From Octopus sinensis (Eukaryota), in NCBI RefSeq assembly GCF_006345805.1, contig NC_043012.1, positions 36,952,001 to 37,016,000 of the forward strand: DNA of 64,000 bases, in the 5' to 3' direction. Position numbers and translations under genes: made by a program. The notes under the pieces were generated by a model, which was not told where the DNA came from, ran no database searches, and was given only the letters and a program-made list of their open reading frames with translations. Below are positions 13,678 to 24,079 of this stretch, piece after piece. The first letter of the stretch is position 1; each line of letters starts with the position of its first letter.

Positions 13678-13895
13678 TGGTCAGTCACATGATTGGGCGG
13701 TCAAGTCAGAAATAATGAGAGAATGGTCAGTCATGCTGTTGGACAGTCCAGTCGGAAATAAAGAAGGAATGGTCAGTCATGCTGTTGGACAATCCAGTTG
13801 GAAGTAAAGGAGGAATGGTCAGTTACATTATTGAACAGTCTAGTCAGAAGTTTCACACAATGGTCAGATACACATCATTGGACAGTCAGTCTAGT
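13678..13895. repeat. 46-bp minisatellite, 5 units
   Basis: tggtcag unit starts at 13678, 13724, 13770, 13816 and 13861. Confidence 0.85.
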
Positions 13896-14109
13896 CCAGG
13901 GTTCTTAACCTGGAGGAGAATTTCTAATTGGTGAGGGATGGGGTGGAGTAGGATGGGTGAAATTTCAAGATACATTTGAGGGGAAAATTTAATTTTTAAG
14001 TTCAAAATTCCTTTATCATTATTGACACTATTTTAATTAGATTTATTTTCCTAAATGTTGATCTAAGATGTTAATTGATACTAGATTAATATAAAATTGT
14101 TAATGGTAT

Positions 14110-14465
14110 ATAAGAGTGTTATATAGAAAACTACTTTAATATAAAGCTATTAATGTGATGTAATAGTGTTGTACGTAAGGCTAATATAAGGCTGTTAATG
14201 TTATGTAACTTTATGTGTACAAGGCTACTTTAATATAAGGCTTTTAACATTAAAAATAAATCGTGTTGTTTAGAATACTCTAAAATAATTCTGTTAATTT
14301 TATCTAATTGTGTTATATACAAGACTACTTTAATAGAAAGCTGTTAATGTTAGGTAATAGTGCTGTGTATAAAAGTATTTTAATATAAGTCTCTTAACGT
14401 TATATAATAGTGTTGATTAATTTTAATATAAGGCTGTTAGCATTAAAAATATACTGTGTTGCATA
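14110..14465. repeat. Degenerate AT-rich minisatellite, about 46-52 bp period, about 7 units
   Basis: Recurrent tactttaatataaggctgttaatgtta..gtaatagtgttgt motif. Confidence 0.7.
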
Positions 14466-14675
14466 TAAAACAGTTTTTTTTATCACATGTGGTGAGAGAA
14501 TTAAAAATGGTGAAATGTTAAAGAAGAGACATAGAGAATAAAGGTCAAGAAAGACTGAGCTAGCTAAACATAAGAGGGAGTTTTGAGTGATTTCATTGAA
14601 GCAGGTGGAAGAGAAGTCAAAGGGACTGACCAGTCATACTCTTCAAGACTTAATGGAACTTAAAAAGGAAATCTT

Positions 14676-14885
14676 TCAAAGATCATCATCAAGGAAGTCG
14701 ACCTCTGATAAATTGCTTTCATCGAGAACTTCTTGTGAATCTTTCATTTGTAAACTTTTAATATGGAGAAGATTTAATCGCGTTAAGGTACACTGTTCCG
14801 GATAGATCCAAGGTCGATATAATGGCTGGTTCTGTTCTTTCCATGCCACGTAGTTTTTACAAGCTTGTTTCATTCTACTGACCAC
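14676..14885 (-). CDS. STARD10: STARD10 terminal coding exon E
   Basis: tttttccag|GTG. Encodes VVSRMKQACKNYVAWKEQNQPLYRPWIYPEQ...LDESNLSEVDFLDDDL* (TGA), matching the STARD10 C-terminus KACLKYPEWK...FKPWLHPEQ and its acidic tail. Confidence 0.92.
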   Translation of the reverse strand: MVSRMKQACKNYVAWKEQNQPLYRPWIYPEQCTLTRLNLLHIKSLQMKDSQEVLDESNLSEVDFLDDDL

Positions 14886-14993
14886 CTGGAAAAAGACGAG
14901 AAAGAGATCAATCCAATGCAATTTCAATATTTCAATCTTGGTGTCTTTTGAACTTTATGGAACTAAAGAAATGGTTAAGGAATTAAAGAAACA

Positions 14994-15330
14994 TCATCAT
15001 CATCATCATCATCATCGTTTAGCGTCCGTCTTCCATGCTAGCATGGGTTGGACGGTTCAACTGGGTCTGTGAAGCCAGAAGGCTCATCAGGCCCAGTCAA
15101 TCTGGCAGTGTTTCTACGGCTGGATGCCCTTCCTAACGCCAACCACTCCGTGAGTGTAGTGGGTGCTTTTTACGTGCCACCTGCACAGGTGCCAGACAGA
15201 GCTGGCAACGCCATGAACAGATGGTGCTTTTATGTGCCACCGCACGGGGGCCAGGCGAGGCTGGCAACGGACACGAACGGATGTGCTTTTACATGCCACC
15301 GGCACAGGCCAGTCGGGGCGGCGCTGTTAA
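14994..15330 (-). mobile_element. 5'-truncated RTE LINE 3' tail
   Basis: Same sequence and (ATG)n tail as the 3' UTR attached to the RTE ORF2 at 57905-58400. Other tail-only copies at about 21180-21486(+), 33505-33965(-), 39205-39545(-), 42805-43165(+), 53998-54245(-), 54784-54927(-). Confidence 0.82.
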
Positions 15331-15654
15331 TCAACATAAAATGTTCTTTAATTCCTTAACCATTTCAAAATCAAAGTCTGTACTTTCAAAGTGTTTATAT
15401 TGTACAGACAAGCGCTTCAGTCAATGCAAGCCACATTACATATACACATGGCCATTTTCAGGATTCAGGGACTTGTGGCAGGAAGGAAGTTATTTTCATA
15501 TTTGGCCAAAAATGTTTGAAAAGGAATGGTCTGCTACAAGTGGTACCCAAGAGTCTAGTGAGGTTATTAAACTGGAGACCTTCATTAGAAGATAGATTAT
15601 TAATTAACTGTGAGTTAAGTTATTGAGAAGAAATAATGAAAAAAAGTTCCTTAC

Positions 15655-15707
15655 TTTTGGTGCCAAGATCTGTGTTGCTTTATTAACCACCCAACTTGGC
15701 AGACGAC
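15655..15707 (-). CDS. STARD10: STARD10 exon D (53 bp, not in ORF track)
   Basis: cttctgtag|GT...AAA|gtaagg. Phase 1 to 0, encoding (G)RLPSWVVNKATQILAPK, matching STARD10 GSLPKWVVNKSSQFLAPK; in frame with both flanking exons. Confidence 0.92.
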
Positions 15708-16433
15708 CTACAGAAGAAGAACAAAATCTTTTTGCAGTTATTCCTCCAAAATATGTTCAGATATTTAATGATACAAATTGATTAACTGTGCAATATGTTG
15801 TAATTAGTAAATTTATTTTGAAGAAATAATAATTAACAATGGAATTGAAGGTTAAATATGGTTTCATAAGTCTGACAATTTTGAATTTAATTCTTGATTT
15901 TTCTTTTAAAAAACATTCTACCAATAATGGCAACCACTGATATTAAGAAGAGGTGATGGCAGTACTTGCAAGAGAATTCAAGATCCTGATCTGTACAACT
16001 ATTTGTTGATAAAATAATGCTTAAATACCCAGTTTGAGAAAAATCTTACAACAAAGATACCACAAAGCCTGATCAGGTGAAAAAAAAAACATCCTTAAAT
16101 GGTTCACTCTGGTAAAAAGAAAAAATTGTTAATTGTGTTCTGTTTATTATTGTTGGCAGAATCGTTAGCACGCTGGGAGAAATGTTTAGCAGTATTTCAT
16201 CTGTCTTTACGTTCTGAGTTCAAATTCCACAAAGGTCAACTTTGCCTCTCATTTTTTTTGGGGGGTCGATAAATTAAGTATCAGTTGAGTACTGGGATTG
16301 ATCTAATTGACTGCCCCCCCCTCTCCCAAATTTCCGGCCTTGTGCCTTTAGTAGAAAGGGTTATTGATAGTATAACGACCCTCCTCAGATACAATGAAAT
16401 CTTTAAATAGAGTTGTTGTTGTTGTAGCTGTAA

Positions 16434-16775
16434 AGGCACACGGCTCAGTGGTAGGAGCGTCGGGCTCACAATCGCGAGGTAGTGAGTTCAATTCTCGGAC
16501 TGGGATGTGTGAGTTGTGTTTTTGAGCAAGAAACTTCATTTCATGTTGCTCCAGTTCACTCAGCTGCCAAAAATGAGTTTGGATATCACTGGCACCAAGC
16601 TGTATCGGCCCCTTTGCCATTCCCTTGGTGGCGTGGAGCAAGGAGGCAGGCATGGATGAGTGGCTGCTGGTCTTCCATAAACAACCTTGCCCAGACTTGT
16701 ACCTAAGAAGGGAACTTCCTAGGTGCAATCCCATGCTCATTCATGGCCAAAGGGGGTCTTTCCCCTTTACCCTTT
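16434..16775 (+). mobile_element. tRNA-derived SINE family C copy
   Basis: ggcacacggctcagtggtaggagcgtcgggctcacaatcgcgaggtagtgagttcaattc head (A- and B-box-like). Confidence 0.8.
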
Positions 16776-16894
16776 ATGTTGTAGCTGTCATACTGTTTGT
16801 GGTTATGATAACAGTTGTGGTTGTAGTAGTAGAGGTGGTTAGGATTGTGATTATGGTTATTGTATTGGTTATAGTCTCATAGTGTTGGTGCTGG

Positions 16895-17256
16895 TTTGTT
16901 TGTTTGTTGAGTGAAGCTATCTTCGTCCTCTTGGGAGAAGTCCAAAACGTGGTGCTTTGCTATTCGTAAGACCCGCAGAAGAGAAAGCAGGTCCAACCCC
17001 CGACACCCAGAGCATCGACGGATGGATGAATGCGCATCCAGGCTCAGCGGTTGCGTAGGAAGTTGGGGACGAGAAACAGGAAGAAAGAGTGAGAGAAAGT
17101 TGGGGCGTAAGAGTACAACAGGGATCGCCCCCCCCCCTGCCGGAGCCTCGTGGAGATTTGGGTGTTTTCGCTCAATAAACACACACAACGCCCGGTCTGA
17201 GAATCGAAACCGTGATCCTCCGACCGCGAGTCTGCTGCCCTAACCATTGTGCCTCC
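16895..17256 (-). mobile_element. tRNA-derived SINE, family C-related head with a different 3' body
   Basis: The reverse complement head reads ggaggcacaatggttagggcagcagactcgcggtcggaggatcacggtttcgattctcag. Confidence 0.7.
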
Positions 17257-17398
17257 ACTGTTGGTGCTGGTCAGGGTAGTAGAAGTGGTTGCACAAACGG
17301 TCATACTTGTGGTTGTGACTGCAGTGCTGCCAGTGGATGTTGTTGTTGTGACATAATGGGGGCCATGCACCGAAATGTCAAGTGAAAGGGCCACTTAC

Positions 17399-17516
17399 CT
17401 CTGGGGTCCGACTGTGATACATAAGTCAAAACACAAGATGATTTGTCTTTCGGAACAATTACATATCCTGTCAGGAAGGAGATGGCTCTGATGTAATCCT
17501 TATAGGGCGGACATTG
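17399..17516 (-). CDS. STARD10: STARD10 exon C
   Basis: ttttgcag|CAA...AGAG|gtaagt. 118 bp, phase 0 to 1, encoding QCPPYKDYIRAISFLTGYVIVPKDKSSCVLTYVSQSDPR(G). Confidence 0.93.
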
Positions 17517-17725
17517 CTGCAAAAGCAAAAGAAAGGATCATAGGGGTTAGTTAAATTTAGGGAGCACTTATAAGCAGAACATTCCCATAAAATACATTAG
17601 GGATCGCTGAGGAAGTGTGGGAGAAATGCGGGTTGATTAATTAAGGGGATCCTTTGTAAGAAGGATATTACTCAAAGTTAGGTCTGTTATGAGATATAGG
17701 TCCCATGGGGCCGGCACTTTACTTG

Positions 17726-17739
17726 GTTTCCATGGTAAC
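17726..17739. promoter_or_regulatory. RFX X-box motif GTTTCCATGGTAAC
   Basis: Exact match to GTTNCCATGGNAAC, about 210 bp upstream of the STARD10 exon C acceptor. Motif only; no functional evidence. Confidence 0.4.
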
Positions 17740-18248
17740 TAACATTACAACTTCCCCTCCCACCACACACACACATACACTCACACACACGCACACATAC
17801 ATATCTTTTATCTTTTACCTTTTTACTTGGTTAAAGCATTGGATTATGGCCATGCTGGGGCAGTGCCTTGAAGGGTTGTAGTTGGACAAATTGACCCCAG
17901 GATTTATTATTATTCTTGAGCCTGGTATTTGTTCTGTTGGCCTTTTATGGGGATGTAAACAAACCAACATGACTGTCAAGCAGTGATGGGGGACAAACAC
18001 AGCCCCAAAGAAACACACACACACACACACACACGCATGCACACGTGTACATGATAAGCTTTTTAGGTTGCCATGCAATGGAACTGAACCTGGAACCATG
18101 TGGTTGGGAAGCAAACTTCTTACCACACTGCCACACACACACACACATACACACACACATACACACATACACACACACATACACACACACATACACACAC
18201 ACATACACACATACACACACACATACACACACCACATGCACACACACA

Positions 18249-18305
<57 letters not shown>

Positions 18306-19424
18306 ATGAAAATATTTCTCCGAGGCATTACCCATTAGAATTCATTTCGACCTAACGGCCCTTAATGTTTGTCTTTGTCGATTGCTTACTCTGCACATCC
18401 ACTCTGTTGTCGTTTGTTTGTGTGAAGCCCTAACTCTTCATGAATTTTATATTTCCAAAATTTCTGGAAGCTTCTGTCTTTTGAAGTGTTCCTAACTTGT
18501 TGTTAAAAGCACGAAACAGGGAGAAATAAGGAGTCCAACAACTGATGAGGAGTCAGACTTCGTTTGATGTTCCTGTACTTTTCTCTCGTGTACATTGTTC
18601 ACATTCTTTTACTTGTTTCAGTTATTTGATTGCGGCCATGCTGGAGCACTGCCTCTAGTAAAGCAAATCAACCCTAGGACTTATACTTTGTAAGCCTAGT
18701 ACTTATTCTAACAGTCTCTTTTGCCGAACTGCTAAGTTACGAGGGATGTAAACACACCAGCATCGGATGTTGCGGGGAACAAACAGAGACACACAAACAT
18801 ATACACACACATACATACATATATATATATATATATATGACATGCTTCTTTGGAAGTTGTGCTCCAGTGTGGCCACTGTCAAATCAATGACTGACAGCAG
18901 TACCAAAAAAAAAATGATAAATAAAACAAAAAACAGAATTTCATTAAAAAAATAAACAGACAGACAGCTGAAATATGGTCGTTGAGCAAAACATAATGAA
19001 CAAATTATCATTAACAAAGTTAATTAGAAGAACTCAAACATTCACAGAATGCTAATCTGTTTATTATTTGATAAATTAGTTGACATCGTTATCATTTTAT
19101 TATTATCGTTAACAAAAGTAAAACTAATTACATTACTGACTGTCACAGTAAACATTAATTATATCTGGTTATCTTTACTTGACGAAGATAACATAATTAT
19201 CGACTTGCAACTAACGAGATTTCATTTATTTCTTGTTGTAGAATTAAAATTTTGTTTCTCGTAGGTTTTAAAGGTGATGAGAATGGCTATGGGCTGTGAG
19301 AGATTTTGGTTCAGAAGTTCCTTCTGCAACTTTGGGTGTCTTTGGGTATCTTCAGTTATGGTCTCAGACTGGACATTGCCATGGAAAAGGAATTTGGTGG
19401 ACAAAATATGCAGAAAGTCCATCA

Positions 19425-19741
19425 TACACATACATACATACATACAAGCATACATACATACATACATAAATACATACATACATACATACACACACACATA
19501 CATACATACAAACATACATGCATGCATACATACATACATACATACGTACATACACACATACATTCATACATACATACATATATACATACACACACACGTA
19601 CATACATACAAACATACATACATACATACATACATACATGCATGCATACATACATACATACATACGTACATACAAACATACATACATACATACAAACATA
19701 CATTCATACATACATACATACATACATACACACACACATAC

Positions 19742-19772
<31 letters not shown>

Positions 19773-19839
19773 CACACACATACATACATACAAACATACA
19801 TTCATACATACATACATACATACATACACACACACATAC

Positions 19840-19870
<31 letters not shown>

Positions 19871-20268
19871 CATACATACATACATGCATACATACATACA
19901 TACATACAAACATACATACATACATACATACATGCATACATACATACATACACACACACATACATACATACATACATACATACATACATACATACATACA
20001 TACATACATGCATACAAACATTCATACACACATACATACATACACACATACAAACATGCATACATACATACATACATACAAACATACATACATACATACA
20101 TACATACATACATACATACATGCATACATACATGCATACATACATACATACATACATACATACATACATACATGCATACATACATGCATACATACATACA
20201 TACATACATACATACATACATACATACATACATACATACATACATACAAACATACATACATACATACA
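19425..20268. repeat. (TACA)n microsatellite of about 840 bp
   Basis: Read directly; starts right after a SINE-A-like 5' half. Confidence 0.95.
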
Positions 20269-20535
20269 GATTCCCAGCAGATGTTAACATAAAGCTGAAG
20301 ATCAGTGAAAAAGAGGACACCTGTATTGAACTATTGAGACATCTGTAGTTACTCTGTCCAGATTAGAAATTCAGGATGTCACGCAGTGGGACTGAACTCG
20401 GAACCATGTGGTTGGGAAGTAAGCCTCTTACCACACCCACATCTGCACCTACACACACACACACACTCACATGTCATCATCATGATTGTTTATAAATATG
20501 TATATATATATAAGCAATGATGATGATGATGATGA

Positions 20536-20573
<38 letters not shown>

Positions 20574-20606
20574 CATATAATATACATATTTATATATATG
20601 TATATT

Positions 20607-20647
<41 letters not shown>

Positions 20648-20662
20648 TATATATATAATATA

Positions 20663-20693
<31 letters not shown>

Positions 20694-21012
20694 GAAATTA
20701 TTTTGGTTTTAATTGCCTAATTCCATTCATGAAATGTTTCCCAGAGACAATGAATCAATGAGTTCTGCAACACCTGGAATAAATTCCATTCTATATTTAG
20801 TTGAATGGTGCCAATTATGCCACAGACTGAAGCTACCATTTATTTTAAGAACAAAACATTTATTTCTGTTCCAGAGAATGTTGATTCCTTCTAATGATAA
20901 AACCACATTTTGACACCAGTGTCAAATGTTTCTGAAGTAAAAGACTTCCAGAAATAAATTTCACTTGAATTCAAGTGATAACAGTCTTGAGATTTTGATC
21001 AAGGGTTTACAG

Positions 21013-22060
21013 CAGAGGTTCTTAACCATTTTTTGTTACCTCTTTGGACCTCTTTGGATCCTAGTTTACCCTGCTGGGTCCCCATAGCCATTCAGTGTTT
21101 AAAAAGGTCCTGTTGTATTTTCGTAATTAAACATTATAAGGAATTGTATAAAAAAGAATAACCTTTGGCATTAAGTTGTACTTGAGGAGAAGACCCACCA
21201 GGCCAAACAAAATCACAGGTGTGACATATACCAGTGTTGCACAAAGTGGCACCCTTGCTGGTGGCACATAAACACACTCTGGTGTCACGCAAATGGCACC
21301 CATGCCAATGGCATGTAAAAGCACCCTTTACATTCTTGAAGTAGTTGGCGTTAAGAAGGGCATCCAGCCATAGAAACCATGCCAAATCAGGCTGGAATCT
21401 GGTGCAGTCCCTCAGTTTACCAGCCCTGGTCAAACTGTCCAACCCATACCCGCATGGACAATGGACGTTAAATGATGATGGTGGTGATTTTATGTGTTGC
21501 ACAAGTGTAAGCAATTAGTTGGAGATAAATTTTAGCACTCTGGGTCCCTATGGCCCTTGAGGTCATATGATCCTCGAGGTCCCAATGGCCCCTGAGGTCC
21601 CCATGGCCCTTGAGGTCATATAACCCTTGAAGTCCATATGAGCTTTGAGGTCATATAACTCTTGAGGTCCCTATGGCCCTTGTGGTCATATGACCCTTAA
21701 GGTCCCTATGGCCCTTGTGGTCATATGACCCTTAAGGTCCCTATGGCCCTTGTGGTCATATGACCCTTGAGGTCCCTATGGCCCTTGAAATCATATGACC
21801 CTTAAGGTCCCTATGGCCCTTGTGGTCATATGACCCTTGAGGTCCCTATGGCCCTTGTGGTCATGACCCTTGAGGTCCCTATGGCCCTTGAGGTCATATG
21901 ACCCTTAAGGTCTTTATGGCCCTTGTGGTCATATGACCCTTAAGGTCCCTATGGCCCTTGTGATCATATTTACCTTCGAGGTCATATGACCCTTGAGATC
22001 TCTATGGCCTTGAAGTCATATGACCCTTGAAGTCCCTATGACCCCTGTTGAAAACCTCTG
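21013..22060. mobile_element. hAT (Charlie/Buster-like) MITE containing an RTE tail and an amplified minisatellite
   Basis: Ends CAGAGGTTCTTAAC / GTTGAAAACCTCTG; 8-bp flanks gtttacag / gtttagaa (6/8, central TA); body homologous to 54456-55442. Confidence 0.75.
21549..22046. repeat. 35-bp minisatellite (17+18-bp subunits), about 14 units
   Basis: Consensus tatggcccttgtggtcatatgacccttaaggtccc. Confidence 0.92.
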
Positions 22061-22179
22061 GTTTAGAATGGTGGAATGAAGAGCCATTGTTAATGGCAGT
22101 AAATGAATGAAGATGTTTCATGCTTTTGATTCCAACCTGTCTGAGACTGTTCCTGGTTTTATGACACAAACTTCCCATT

Positions 22180-22605
22180 TGAAAGGAATTTTAATTAAAA
22201 CCTTCCATCAAAATGTCATATCGATTTCGATTCCCAACACCAAACAAACAACAACAAAGTTCCTGTCTAAATTCTTCATATTCTTCAGAATTAATTGCAA
22301 CAAAGGCAATTAATGTTTCAAACACCAGTTTAATAATGACAACATTATTTTACTAAATTCTGCATTTTTCTTCGTTACTTTCCAAATTAATTGCAACGAA
22401 GTCAGTGTATTTTAACAGGAATATAATAACGAAAGAGTTAAGGTGCTTAATATAAAGCCCTTCATTAAAATTTCAAATTAATTTATGTTCCAAACACCAG
22501 CTTAATAATGACAAAGTTATTTTACTAAATTCTTGATTATTTTCAAAACTAATTAAAACAAAGGCTGTGTATTTCAACAGAGATACGGTAACGAATGGGT
22601 TAAAT
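22180..22605. mobile_element. Two tandem degenerate copies of a second TTAA-terminated MITE-like repeat
   Basis: Repeated caaacaccag(t/c)ttaataatgaca..ttattttactaaattct block ending ggtaacgaatgggttaa; related sequence at about 47930-48080. Confidence 0.5.
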
Positions 22606-22830
22606 GAATGACTGATGGTAAGACCCCTCAGTCAAGATGAATGTTGAGGTGAGTGAGGCAGAGACAGAGTGTTTAAATAATGCAATGTAAATTTTGACAC
22701 CACGTCAAAAATTTTTAAGAGTTTTTGAAAGGCAACATTTGACTTTCATGCTGCAATCGTTTTAGCTTCAATATACAGCCTCAGATCAAATCAACTGCTC
22801 AGTATGTACACTTCCAACATATATATATAT

Positions 22831-22892
<62 letters not shown>

Positions 22893-23451
22893 CAAAATAG
22901 GACAAGAACGCCAAACATCTGGACAACTAGGTGATACAAAAAGGGACAACAAAACATCCAGATAGACGATACAAAGAAAACAAGGACGGGTCATTCGAAG
23001 TTTTCTATCTTCAGTCAAGAACCAGATTATCCTTGCAATTTCGGCTGATTAATCTTGAGATTGCTCCAATCTGGCCAGCCCCAAGGAAAAACTAAGCTAA
23101 GAGCATTAGATTCCTTGGAAGAAAGCAGCGAATGTATATAAAAACAAAGACGGAAAAAACAGACAATGTTACACAAATATAAATACAATAAAAATAATAA
23201 CAGGACATAACACCAGGTGTCTTTCGACTAAGGACGAATTGAATTAAGCTGGCATATGTGGAAGTGAAGCTTTACGGCAGAGATACAAAGGTTTCACAGG
23301 GAAGAAAATCGACGTTGCATGGATCACGGTCAGACCAAGAAAGAAAGAGCGAGCAGTCTGGCCAATCGGTCACGTGGGAAGAGAAGTAGAAGCAGAGGAA
23401 CAAAAGAATTAAGGAGGGGGAAGAGAAGAGAAAGAAGTAGAAGTAGAGAAT

Positions 23452-23860
23452 CTTTTAATCTTTTATTTGTTTCAGTCATTTGACTGTGACCATGCTGGAG
23501 CACCGCCTTTTAGTCGAACAAATCGACCTCAGGACTTATTCTTTCTAAGCCTAGTTCTTATTCTATCAGTCACTTTTGCCAAGCCACTAAGTTACGGGGA
23601 TGTAAACACATCAGCATTGGTTGTCAAGTGATGTGGGGGGTGACAAACTCAGACAAACAATCATAGACACACACACAAACACACATATACATATACATAT
23701 ATATACGACGAGATTCTTTCAGCTTCCGTCTTCCAAATCCACTCACAAGGCTTTGGTCAGCCCAAGGCTATAGTAGAAGACACTTACTCAAGCTACCATG
23801 CAGTGGGACTGAACCCAGAATCATGTGGTTGGGAAGCAAGCTACTTACCACATAGCCGCT
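23452..23860 (-). mobile_element. SINE family A, full copy
   Basis: Homologous end to end with 10831-11226. Confidence 0.88.
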
Positions 23861-23936
23861 ACTGCACTTATAAACAAACATTTAAATCAGGTCACATATG
23901 TCCCAAACATACTTCAACTGATATATATTATAATAT

Positions 23937-23985
<49 letters not shown>

Positions 23986-24079
23986 CCAGAGAGAGAGAGG
24001 AGAGAGAGAGAAAGAGAGAGGTATGCCCAAACATACTTCAGCTGATCTTATATATATACAATATATATTACATATATAT

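Noticed and set aside
21549-22046. CRISPR-like appearance (35-bp palindromic repeat)
   Set aside because: The units are contiguous with no unique spacers, the context is eukaryotic, and there are no cas genes.
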